From Myxococcales bacterium (lineage in GTDB: Bacteria; Myxococcota_A; UBA9160; SMWR01): a stretch of DNA of 64,000 bases. Made by a program: the position numbers and the translations under genes. Below the pieces are notes generated by a model. The model saw only the letters and a program-made list of their open reading frames with translations, was not told the DNA's origin and did no database searches. Below are positions 36,588-44,333 of this stretch, piece after piece (within the stretch, counting starts at the first letter, position 1; each line of letters opens with the position of its first letter). The stretch covers positions 3,664 through 67,663 of the forward strand of contig JAOTUO010000001.1 in assembly GCA_029863845.1 (NCBI GenBank), written 5' to 3'.

Positions 36588-37760
36588 CTAGTTGAGCTCC
36601 GCGCGCGTGTAGCCCAGCAGGCCGCGCGCGATGATCATGCGCTGGATCTCGCCGGTGCCCTCGTAGATGTCGGTGATGCGCACGTCGCGGAACCACTTCT
36701 CGAGCAGGTGTTCCCGCGAAACGCCCATCGGCCCCAGGATCTCGATGCAGCCCTGGGTGATCTCCCGCACGGCAGCGCCCGCCTTGGCCTTGCAGACCGA
36801 GGCCTCCATGTTGTTGGGCTGCCCCTCGCCGGAGAGCCAGGCGGCGCGCCAGATCGTCAGGAGGGACGCCTCGTAGAGCGCCTCCATGCGGATGAACTTG
36901 TCGGTGACGGCGGACTGCCCGTGGATTCCCGGCCCGTACTCGATCTCGACGCCCGCCGCCCGCAGCTGATCGCGCGTGAAGTCGAGCGCCGCCTCTGCCA
37001 TGCCGATGCCGATCGCCGCGACGCCCGGCCGCGTCATGTTGAAGGTCTTCATCACGCCTCGGAAGCCGCCCGAGCTCTTCTTGGCGATCGTCTCGTCGAG
37101 GCCGAGCAGGTTCTCGAACGGGACCCGACAGTCGGTGAATACGTACGCCGCGGTGTCGTCGGCCCGGATCCCGAGCTTCTTCTCCTTGTGTGAGACCACG
37201 AAGCCCGGCGCGCCCTTCTCCACCAGGAACGACTTGATGCCCGCGCGTCCAGCCGACTTGTCGATCGTCGCCCACACGATCACGCCGTCGGCGCGACAGC
37301 CGGTGGTCACGAAGATCTTCTCTCCGTTCAGGATCCACTCGTCGCCGTCGCGGACCGCGGTCATCTGCACCCGCGAGGGATCCGACCCGCAGCCGGGCTC
37401 CGTGATGGCCATGGCCAGCGTCAGGTTCTGCCACTTCGCAAACTGCTCGGGGGTGCCCGCGGCCCGCAGGGCCGCGTTGCCGAGGCCGCCCGGCGGTCGC
37501 CGCATGCGTACCGAGTAGTCGCCCCAGGTCTGGCCCGCCATGATGAGCATGCCAGCCACGCCGAAGGGAGTGTCCTCGTCGGTGCGCCCCTCCAGCAGAT
37601 CGCCGAGGGTCGGGAAGTCCTTCGACTCCTCCAGCTCGTCGGGCGGGAACTCGTGCTCGTTCTCGTCGTAGTAGCGGGCGTAGCCGCGCGCCACGAGCGC
37701 CTGGGCCCGCAGCCCGTCCACCAGCTTCCGGTCGTTTGCGGTCAGCTCGAAATCGATCAT
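36588..37760 (-). CDS. Acyl-CoA dehydrogenase family protein
   Basis: ORF 36588..38396 trimmed to ATG 37760 (MIDFELTANDRKL...). AITEPGCGSDPSRV and IYEGTGEIQRMIIAR. Confidence 0.9.
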   Translation of the reverse strand: MIDFELTANDRKLVDGLRAQALVARGYARYYDENEHEFPPDELEESKDFPTLGDLLEGRTDEDTPFGVAGMLIMAGQTWGDYSVRMRRPPGGLGNAALRAAGTPEQFAKWQNLTLAMAITEPGCGSDPSRVQMTAVRDGDEWILNGEKIFVTTGCRADGVIVWATIDKSAGRAGIKSFLVEKGAPGFVVSHKEKKLGIRADDTAAYVFTDCRVPFENLLGLDETIAKKSSGGFRGVMKTFNMTRPGVAAIGIGMAEAALDFTRDQLRAAGVEIEYGPGIHGQSAVTDKFIRMEALYEASLLTIWRAAWLSGEGQPNNMEASVCKAKAGAAVREITQGCIEILGPMGVSREHLLEKWFRDVRITDIYEGTGEIQRMIIARGLLGYTRAELN

Positions 37761-37771
37761 GGTTCGACTCC

Positions 37772-38866
37772 TCAGACGGAGAGGGTGCCCTCGAGGGCCC
37801 CGAGGGTTCCTGCGTTGCGGTACCACATCTCGACGGGGTGCTCGCGAATGTAGCCGTGCCCGCCGAGGACCTGGACGCCCTGGTCGGCGATCCACAGCGC
37901 CTTCTCGGCGACGTAGCTCCGCACGAAGTGCGCCGCGGGTGTCGCGTCCAGGCCCTGCTCGAGCCGGCTCGCCGCCTTCCACGTGAGCCAGCGCGAGGAC
38001 TCGATCTCGATGTGCATGTCGGCCAGCTTGAACGCGATGCCCTGCTTCTGGGCGATCGCCTGGTCGAAGGCCTCGCGCTCCTTCGCATAGGGAACGGCGT
38101 ACTCCAGCACGGCGCGCGAGACGCCGACCTGGACCGCGCCGAGAGCCGTGCGCGAGCCGGCGACGATCCGCCTCACGTCGCACCCGGCCTCGCCGCCCAG
38201 ACGGTCGGCGGCCGGCACCTCGACGCCCTCGAGCTCGAGCACACCGGTGGGAAGCGCGCGCAGGCCGAGGTTCTTCTCGGGCTCCGAGACCGTCAGCCCG
38301 TCGGCATCGCGGGGCACGACGAAGGCACCCAGATCGCCGTCGCAGCGGGCCACCACCAGGAAGTGACTGGCGCGATCCGCCATGGGCACGAAGCACTTCG
38401 CGCCGGAGAGCACGAAGCCCTCGCCGCGCTTCTCCGCCACGGTGCGCGGCAGCAGCGCGTCGAAGGTGGGGCCGGGCTCCGACACCGCCAACGACGCCGC
38501 GTGGTAGTGATCGCCGCCGAAGAGCGGCAGGTAGCGCCGCTTCTGGTCCTCGGTCCCCTGGTCGGCGACCGCGAAGGCGAAGCCCGCCGGCGCCAGGGCC
38601 GCCACGGCCAGGGCCGCGTCACCCCAGGCCAGCTCTTCCAGGACGAGGACGTTGGTGATCGGCGAGCGCGGCTCGCCGCCGCCGCCGAACGCCTCGGGAA
38701 TCTGGGTGGAGACGAGGCCCAGCTCCCAGCACTGGCCCAGCGCTTCCTCGGATAGCTTCGACGCCTCGTCGCACTCGTGGGCCAAGGGGCGCAGCACTTC
38801 GCCGGCGAAGGTGCGCATGGCTTCGCGCACCACCTCCTGCTCATCGGTCAACTTGAACGAGATCAC
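37772..38866 (-). CDS. Acyl-CoA dehydrogenase family protein
   Basis: ORF 37772..39319 trimmed to GTG 38866, preceded by AAGGAGGAAACC (VISFKLTDEQEVV...). AVSEPGPTFD and QVLGGHGYIREHPVEMWYRNA. Confidence 0.9.
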   Translation of the reverse strand: MISFKLTDEQEVVREAMRTFAGEVLRPLAHECDEASKLSEEALGQCWELGLVSTQIPEAFGGGGEPRSPITNVLVLEELAWGDAALAVAALAPAGFAFAVADQGTEDQKRRYLPLFGGDHYHAASLAVSEPGPTFDALLPRTVAEKRGEGFVLSGAKCFVPMADRASHFLVVARCDGDLGAFVVPRDADGLTVSEPEKNLGLRALPTGVLELEGVEVPAADRLGGEAGCDVRRIVAGSRTALGAVQVGVSRAVLEYAVPYAKEREAFDQAIAQKQGIAFKLADMHIEIESSRWLTWKAASRLEQGLDATPAAHFVRSYVAEKALWIADQGVQVLGGHGYIREHPVEMWYRNAGTLGALEGTLSV

Positions 38867-39648
38867 GGTTTCCTCCTTCGCCCCGGGTTGACAGGGGCCG
38901 AACCGGATGCCGGCCGTGCCTGCGGATCCCGATTCTGCGGGCGTTCCGGTCGCGACACCTGGTGGAAGTAGTCGTCCATGGCCTCGCGTCCACCTTCCTT
39001 CGTCAGGAGGCCGCGGCGAAAGGCGTCCGGCGCATCGATGAGGCCCAGGGCGATCCCGCACCACAGGGGCCCGTCGGCCGTGTAGCGGACGTCGGCGTTC
39101 TCGGCGAAGCCAAGCGTCACCGTGCAGGCGCCGTCGTGGACGCGCACCGACCAGGCCCCGCCGCCCGGCCCCTTGAGCCGGATCTCGAAGGTGAGGTCCA
39201 CGTCGCGGGCGCGGTCCTCGCGCACCATGAACGGCAGCGCCTCGAGCACGGACTGGGCCGACGTCTCCGTGAAGCGGCCAGCGTCGATTCCGAGATCGTC
39301 GACGCCGCGCTGGATCCACCAGCGCCCGATTGCGTTGACGATCGGCTCCAGCGAGCGGCCCTGCTCGGTGAGGCCGTAGACCGACCGGGAGCCCTGGGAA
39401 AGGGTCCGGACGAAGCCGGCCGCCACCAGCTCCCGCAGGCGACTCGAGAGCACGCGCGGCGCGATCCCCGTGCGCATGCGCAGCTCCTGGAACCGGCGCG
39501 ACGCGGGCAGCAGCTGGCGGACGAGGACGAGGGTCCAGCGGTCCCCGATCACCTCCAGGGCGCGGGCGACCGGGTCGAAGATGCCCCCCGGTCGCGGGAC
39601 CGCCGGCTGACCGGACGCGGTCGTCACCGGATCCGTGACTCGATCCAT
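38863..39648 (-). CDS. HxlR-family winged-helix regulator fused to an SCP2/sterol-carrier-like C-terminal domain
   Basis: ORF 38863..39735 trimmed to ATG 39648. ALEVIGDRWTLVLVRQLLPASRRFQELRMRTGIAPRVLSSRLRELVAAGFV is the HxlR wHTH. Its stop overlaps the downstream ACAD start by 4 nt. Confidence 0.8.
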   Translation of the reverse strand: MDRVTDPVTTASGQPAVPRPGGIFDPVARALEVIGDRWTLVLVRQLLPASRRFQELRMRTGIAPRVLSSRLRELVAAGFVRTLSQGSRSVYGLTEQGRSLEPIVNAIGRWWIQRGVDDLGIDAGRFTETSAQSVLEALPFMVREDRARDVDLTFEIRLKGPGGGAWSVRVHDGACTVTLGFAENADVRYTADGPLWCGIALGLIDAPDAFRRGLLTKEGGREAMDDYFHQVSRPERPQNRDPQARPASGSAPVNPGRRRKP

Positions 39649-39720
39649 GCCAATTAAGTATCTATCAGACTCTTTTTCGATATTCAATAGGTATCTATAT
39701 GGGTACTTAAATAAAAGCGA
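39649..39720. promoter_or_regulatory. AT-rich island with repeated/palindromic GTATCTAT motifs (probable hxlR-like promoter/operator)
   Basis: The sequence CAATTAAGTATCTATCAGACTCTTTTTCGATATTCAATAGGTATCTATATGGGTACTTAAATAAAAGCGA is strikingly AT-rich against the GC-rich background. It contains a direct repeat (A/G)GTATCTAT at 39657 and 39689, the inverted pair TTAAGTA (39654-39660) / TACTTAA (39704-39710), and the near-palindrome ATAGGTATCTAT. Confidence 0.45.
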
Positions 39721-39755
39721 CTTACAGGGCCGCAAGCCCCTGCTTTTCCAGCGGA

Positions 39756-39784
39756 TTGCGGTCGCGGCCTCGGGTGCTTAGGCT
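39756..39784 (+). promoter_or_regulatory. Candidate rnpB promoter
   Basis: TTGCGG (39756-39761), a 17-nt spacer, then TAGGCT (39779-39784). This is the same -10 hexamer as the candidate dcw promoter. It ends ~7 nt before the inferred RNase P RNA 5' end. Confidence 0.4.
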
Positions 39785-39790
39785 GGAGGA

Positions 39791-40232
39791 CGTGCCGGAG
39801 GTGGATGGAGGATCGCCGGCGAACAAACACCGTTCGCGGGAGGAAAGTCCGGGCTCCAATGGGCAGGGAGGTCGCTAACGGCGACCCGGGGTAACCCGAG
39901 GGAAAGCGCCGCAGAAACGACACCGCCGATGGCCTGCGATCCCCCGGCTGCGAGAGGCAGCCGGGGAGGAGGCACAGGCAAGGGTGAAAACGTGGGGTAA
40001 GAGCCCACGCGCGACAGCCGGGTGACCGGCGGCGGGGCAAGCCCCTCCCGGAGCAAGCTCGAATAGAGGCGCTGTCGAGGGCGGTCCGCCCGAGCAGCCG
40101 CAGCCGCGGCTCCAGCACCCGGGTCAGAGCGCTCGAGCGGCCCAGCAATGGGCCGCCTAGATGAATGATCCTCGCCGGCGCGGGGGCAACCGCGCGCCGG
40201 AACAGGACCCGGCTTACAGTCCACTTCGGGAG
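39791..40232 (+). ncRNA. rnpB: RNase P RNA, bacterial type A
   Basis: Universal blocks are on the plus strand: GGAGGAAAGTCCGGGCTCC (P4 5' strand), CCGCCGATGGCC, CAAGGGTGAAA, GGTAAGAGCCCAC, CCCGGAGCAAG, CTAGATGAATGA and AACAGGACCCGGCTTAC (P4 3' strand). P2 pairs GAGGAT with ATCCTC. P1 pairs CCGGAGGTGGA (39795-) with TCCACTTCGGG (-40230). Ends are good to about +/-10 nt. Confidence 0.92.
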
Positions 40233-40325
40233 CTCCGGCTCCCGAACGCCGGGGGAAGAAGCGAAGGCCACACCCCCGGCGCTCCCGGCACCTCGTATAC
40301 TCGTCACTCCGCCGGGAGGGATCGA

Positions 40326-41372
40326 ATGCGCGTCGAAACCGGGTTGCCCCTGGACGACTGGCGTGCCGTGGCCGACGCGGCGCGCGCGGCCGAGGCCGCG
40401 GGCTTCGACGGCCTGGCCTCCTTCGACATCAGCAACGACCCCTTCGTTCCGCTCGCCTTCGCGGCGGTGGCGACCGAACGAATCGGCCTCGGCACGGGGA
40501 TCGTCGTCGCGTTTCCCCGCAGTCCGATGGTCGTCGCGCTGACGTCGATCGACCTGCATCGCGAGTCACGCGGGCGCTTCCACCTGGGGCTGGGGTCGCA
40601 GGTGAAGGGACACAACGTGCGCCGCTTCGGCGTGCCCTGGAGCGCACCGGTGCCGCGGCTGCGCGAGTACGTCGAGTCGCTGCGCGCCATCTGGCGGTGC
40701 TGGGAGCGGGAAGAGCCGCTGCGCTACGAGGGCGATCACTATCGCTTCACGTTGATGACGCCCGAGTTCGCGCCGCCCCCCACCGGCCTTCCGCCGATTC
40801 CGGTGAGCATCGCCGCCGTAGGGCCGGCCATGATGAAGCTCGCGGGCCGGATCTGCGACGGGGTGCGCCTCCACGGCTTTGCCACCCGCAAGTACCTGGA
40901 AGAAGTCGCTCTCCCGAAGGTCGAGGAGGGATTGCGGGAGAATCCACGGGCCCGCTCCCAGTTCGACGTCTGGGGCGGAGGCTTCATCGTCACGGGCGCC
41001 GACGAGGCGGAGCTGCAGAAGGCCCTCGACGCGACGCGGTACCGGATCGCCTTCTACGGCTCGACCCGCAGCTACCACGGGGTGCTGGCGATCCACGGCT
41101 GGGAGGAGCTGGGGCTCGAGCTGCACGCAATGTCGAAGCGCGGCCGCTGGCAGGAGATGGCGGCCCGGGTTCCCGACGAGGTGGTGCGCACCTTTGCGGC
41201 CGTCGGAACCCACGACGAGATCACCCGGGCGATCGAGGAGCGCTTCGGTGGCCTCTCGGACAGCGTCGCGCTCGGTTTCGGGGCAGGCACGGATCCCGGA
41301 CTCGTCCGAGAGATCGTCCAGGACGTGCGGCGAATTCCTGCCGCCTTCGAGGGCTACTCCCGGGACTGGTGA
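40326..41372 (+). CDS. Luciferase-like monooxygenase (LLM) class, probable F420-dependent oxidoreductase
   Basis: ORF 40161..41372 trimmed to ATG 40326, since the upstream part overlaps rnpB. GFDGLASFDISNDPF, GRFHLGLGSQVKGH and the overall TIM-barrel LLM pattern. Confidence 0.8.
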   Translation: MRVETGLPLDDWRAVADAARAAEAAGFDGLASFDISNDPFVPLAFAAVATERIGLGTGIVVAFPRSPMVVALTSIDLHRESRGRFHLGLGSQVKGHNVRRFGVPWSAPVPRLREYVESLRAIWRCWEREEPLRYEGDHYRFTLMTPEFAPPPTGLPPIPVSIAAVGPAMMKLAGRICDGVRLHGFATRKYLEEVALPKVEEGLRENPRARSQFDVWGGGFIVTGADEAELQKALDATRYRIAFYGSTRSYHGVLAIHGWEELGLELHAMSKRGRWQEMAARVPDEVVRTFAAVGTHDEITRAIEERFGGLSDSVALGFGAGTDPGLVREIVQDVRRIPAAFEGYSRDW

Positions 41373-41427
41373 AACCGGGGACGCTCCCGGCGCGTGAGCC
41401 GGGCGGATCCGAGGCGGATCCCCGAGG

Positions 41428-42525
41428 TCAGAGGTCGTGCCGCAGGCAGCGCAGGCGCGAGCGGCGCGGCGCGTGGTAGCTGCGCCACTTCTCGGGCGGG
41501 ATCGCGTCGGAATCGACGCGGCGAAAGCCCTCGCGCTCGAAGAAGTGCTCGACGCGCTCCGCGGTGGTGCACGCGAAGACGAAGCGGCAGCCCGACGCGC
41601 GGGCGTGATCCAGTGCGGAACGGACCAGGTGGCCACCGATGCCCTCGCCGAGAAAGCGCGTGAGGGTGTAGAGGGAGGCGATCTCCCCGGAGTGCGAGGG
41701 CTCGTGCACCAGCAGGGCGCCGATGCCCGCCAGGTAACGCCCCTCCACGAAGGCGCCGAAGCCGTTGGCGAGCACCCGCTCGATCTCGTCGGCGGAGCGC
41801 GGAGCCAGGTAGCCCTCCGCCACGCCCCGGCCGATCAGATCGTCCGCCGCGTCGTAGTCGTCGAGGCCCAGGCGCCGAACCCGCACGTACCGCTCGCGGG
41901 TGAAGAGCGTCCCGGATCCCGCGTAGGTGAAGAGCTCGTCCGCGAGCCCCTCGAGCGTGCACAGGTTGACCGCCACCAGCCCGCCCGCCAGCGCGGCCTC
42001 GACCTCCCGCAGCAACGAGCAGCGCTCCGGGCTCTCCTCGGGAAGCTCCCGCCGGAGAAGCGCCTGGAGCTCCTCGAGATCCACGAAGGACCGTGGGGAT
42101 CCGTCCTCGGCGCGCAAGCCGCCCTGGGGGTCGATCCAGATCCACTTCGAGACGGCCAGGCGCAGCGCGATCTCGCGGCAGGCCGGGGCGAAGTGCGGCG
42201 CGTCTTCCACGACCAGTCCCACGCGGCTCGACCGGCGCAGCTGGCGCCAGACCGCGCCTTCCAGGCCCACCCCGCCGCTCCCGCTCGGGAGCACCGTCGT
42301 GGCGAGCAGCGACCCGAGCGCACCCGGCTCCGTGGAGACCAGGACGACCCGCGTCGGGTTGGCCTCGAGCTCCTTCAGCACCGCCTCGAGCGGCGCGGGA
42401 GCCCGCAGGTCCTCGGCCCGGGCCGCGATCGCGAGCGTGCGCCCGCGGAACTCGCTCAGGTAGAAGCCCTTCTCGGAGAAAGGGGCGAGTGAGGCCGACG
42501 TCGTCTCCGAACCCATTGCGCGCAC
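41428..42525 (-). CDS. ArgA-like amino-acid N-acetyltransferase (amino-acid-kinase-fold N-domain plus GNAT C-domain)
   Basis: The N-terminus FYLSEFRGRTLAIAARAEDL resembles the ArgA start. The C-terminal GNAT region is GEIASLYTLTRFLGEGIGGHLVRSALDHARASG...FFEREGF. Confidence 0.65.
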   Translation of the reverse strand: MRAMGSETTSASLAPFSEKGFYLSEFRGRTLAIAARAEDLRAPAPLEAVLKELEANPTRVVLVSTEPGALGSLLATTVLPSGSGGVGLEGAVWRQLRRSSRVGLVVEDAPHFAPACREIALRLAVSKWIWIDPQGGLRAEDGSPRSFVDLEELQALLRRELPEESPERCSLLREVEAALAGGLVAVNLCTLEGLADELFTYAGSGTLFTRERYVRVRRLGLDDYDAADDLIGRGVAEGYLAPRSADEIERVLANGFGAFVEGRYLAGIGALLVHEPSHSGEIASLYTLTRFLGEGIGGHLVRSALDHARASGCRFVFACTTAERVEHFFEREGFRRVDSDAIPPEKWRSYHAPRRSRLRCLRHDL

Positions 42526-42548
42526 AGTGTGGCGGATTGTGATGTATC

Positions 42549-44333
42549 GTGCTGCGCCGGATGGACTGGCAGGGCTGGTTCACGCTCGCGGTCGTGCTCC
42601 TGACGCTCGCGGTGATGGTGCGGGGGCTCGCGGCCCCCGACGTCACCATGATGGCGGGCCTGTTCACGCTCGCGGCCTTCGGCGTCCTCTCACCCGCCGA
42701 GACATTCATGGGCTTCGCCAACCCGGCGCTGGCGACGATCGGCGCGCTCTTCATCGTGTCGGCGGCGCTGCGGGAGACGGGGGCGCTCGAGGCGACCGTC
42801 GGCCGCATCTTCGGCCCGGCCCGCGATGAGCGCATGGGGCTGGCGCGGATCTGCCCGCCCGTGGCCACGCTGTCGGCGTTCCTCAACAACGCGCCCATCG
42901 TCGCCATGATGACGCCGGTGATCATCGACTGGGCCCGGCGGCGGGGTCTCACGCCGAGCCGCTTCCTGATTCCCCTCAGCTACGCGTCGATCCTCGGGAG
43001 CATCACCACCGTGATCGGGACCAGCACCGTGCTCACGGTGGCCGGCCTCGTCCTCGACGCGAAGATGCCGCCCATTGGCTTCTTCGAGCTGGCGCCGGTG
43101 GGCGTGCCGATCGCCATCGCGGGCCTGCTCTACCTCCAGTTCGTGTCGCCGCGCCTGCTCCCGGTGCGCAAGCAGCCGACCGAGGAGCTCGGCGAGCACC
43201 GGCGCGAGTACACGACGTCGATGATCGTGGAGCACGACGGTCCGCTCGCGGGCCAGACGGTCGAACAGGCGGGGCTGCGTCACCTGGAGGGCCTGTTCCT
43301 GGTGGAGATCGACCGCGGCGGTCGCATCATCACGCCCGTCGGGCCCGACGCCGTGATCCGGGCGGACGACCGGCTGGTGTTCGCGGGCGTGGTCTCGACG
43401 ATCGTCGAGCTGCAACGCATTCGCGGCCTGGTGCCGGAGACCGACGGCGACGAGCCCGCGCCGGGCCGGAGCAGCCAGCGCCTGATCGAGGCGGTGGTCT
43501 CGCCCTCCTCCCCGCTCGTGGGCCGGACGATCCGCGCCTCCAACTTCCGGACCGTGTACGACGCGGCGGTGATCGGCGTGCACCGCAACGGCGAGCGGGT
43601 GCCCGGAAAGATCGGCGCCATCGGGCTGCGCGCCGGCGACACGCTCCTGCTCCAGGGCGCCGCCGGCTTCCTACGCGCGCACCGCAACAGCCCCGACTTC
43701 TACCTGGTGAGCGAGATCGCCGAGACCGAGACGCCGCGCTACGACCGGGCCTGGCTCGCCATCGGAATCCTCGTCGCCATGGTCGTGGTGGCGAGCACCG
43801 GAATCTACCCCATCGCCGTCGCCGCCTTTCTCGCGGCCGGGCTCCTGATCGTGACCCGCTGCATCCGGGCCCAGGGCGCGCGCCAGAGCGTCGACTGGTC
43901 GATCCTGATCGTGATCGGAGCCGGCTTCGGCATGGCCGCGGCAATGCAAAAGACGGGCGCCGCCGGCGCCGTGGCGGGCGTCCTCTCGTCGATCACCGCG
44001 GGCGCGGACAATCCGATGCCCGCCTTCGTCGTGGTATACGTCGCGACGCTGCTGCTGGCGGAGACGCTCCACCACGCCGCCGCCGTGGCCATCATGTTCC
44101 CGATCGCGGTGGCCGCGGCCGCGAACGTGGGAGCTGACCCCCGGCCCTTCGTGATGGCCGTGGCGGTGGCGGGCTGCTGCGCCTTCGCGTCGCCGGTGAC
44201 CTACCAGACCCACCTGATCGTGTACGGACCCGGCGGCTACCGGTTCGGCGACTTCGTGAAGGTGGGCCTGCCGCTCGACCTGCTCTGCGGCGTCATCGGG
44301 ATCGCGCTGATCCCGGTCTTCTGGCCCTTCTGA
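42549..44333 (+). CDS. SLC13/DASS-family permease with two central TrkA-C (RCK_C) domains
   Basis: 594 aa. N- and C-terminal multi-TM halves (LSAFLNNAPIVAMMTPV, AFASPVTYQTHLIV) flank two RCK_C-like segments (GQTVEQAGLRHLEGLFLVEIDRGG...; GRTIRASNFRTVYDAAVIGVHRNG...). Confidence 0.9.
   Translation: MLRRMDWQGWFTLAVVLLTLAVMVRGLAAPDVTMMAGLFTLAAFGVLSPAETFMGFANPALATIGALFIVSAALRETGALEATVGRIFGPARDERMGLARICPPVATLSAFLNNAPIVAMMTPVIIDWARRRGLTPSRFLIPLSYASILGSITTVIGTSTVLTVAGLVLDAKMPPIGFFELAPVGVPIAIAGLLYLQFVSPRLLPVRKQPTEELGEHRREYTTSMIVEHDGPLAGQTVEQAGLRHLEGLFLVEIDRGGRIITPVGPDAVIRADDRLVFAGVVSTIVELQRIRGLVPETDGDEPAPGRSSQRLIEAVVSPSSPLVGRTIRASNFRTVYDAAVIGVHRNGERVPGKIGAIGLRAGDTLLLQGAAGFLRAHRNSPDFYLVSEIAETETPRYDRAWLAIGILVAMVVVASTGIYPIAVAAFLAAGLLIVTRCIRAQGARQSVDWSILIVIGAGFGMAAAMQKTGAAGAVAGVLSSITAGADNPMPAFVVVYVATLLLAETLHHAAAVAIMFPIAVAAAANVGADPRPFVMAVAVAGCCAFASPVTYQTHLIVYGPGGYRFGDFVKVGLPLDLLCGVIGIALIPVFWPF

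Noticed and set aside
40228-40243. Hairpin GGGAGC-TCCG-GCTCCC after rnpB as an intrinsic terminator.
   Set aside because: No U-tract follows it, and its 5' half overlaps nucleotides I assign to the 3' strand of P1. The evidence is insufficient to call a terminator.
39684-40559. ORFs across 39.7-40.5 kb: 39684..40559 (-), 39778..40224 (-), 40165..40542 (+), and the 5' part of 40161..41372.
   Set aside because: This region is RNase P RNA, and all universal type-A sequence blocks are present on the plus strand. The ORFs are artefacts of the GC-rich structured RNA gene.
41373-41427. A possible sixth, degenerate copy of the repeat box (GCGCGTGAGCCGGGCGGATCCGAGG) plus a GGATCC-GAGGC-GGATCC hairpin in the LLM/argA-like convergent spacer.
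   Set aside because: Similarity to the 26-nt box needs gaps and is only partial, so it could be chance in GC-rich DNA. I did not call it a family member. A genome-wide HMM would decide.
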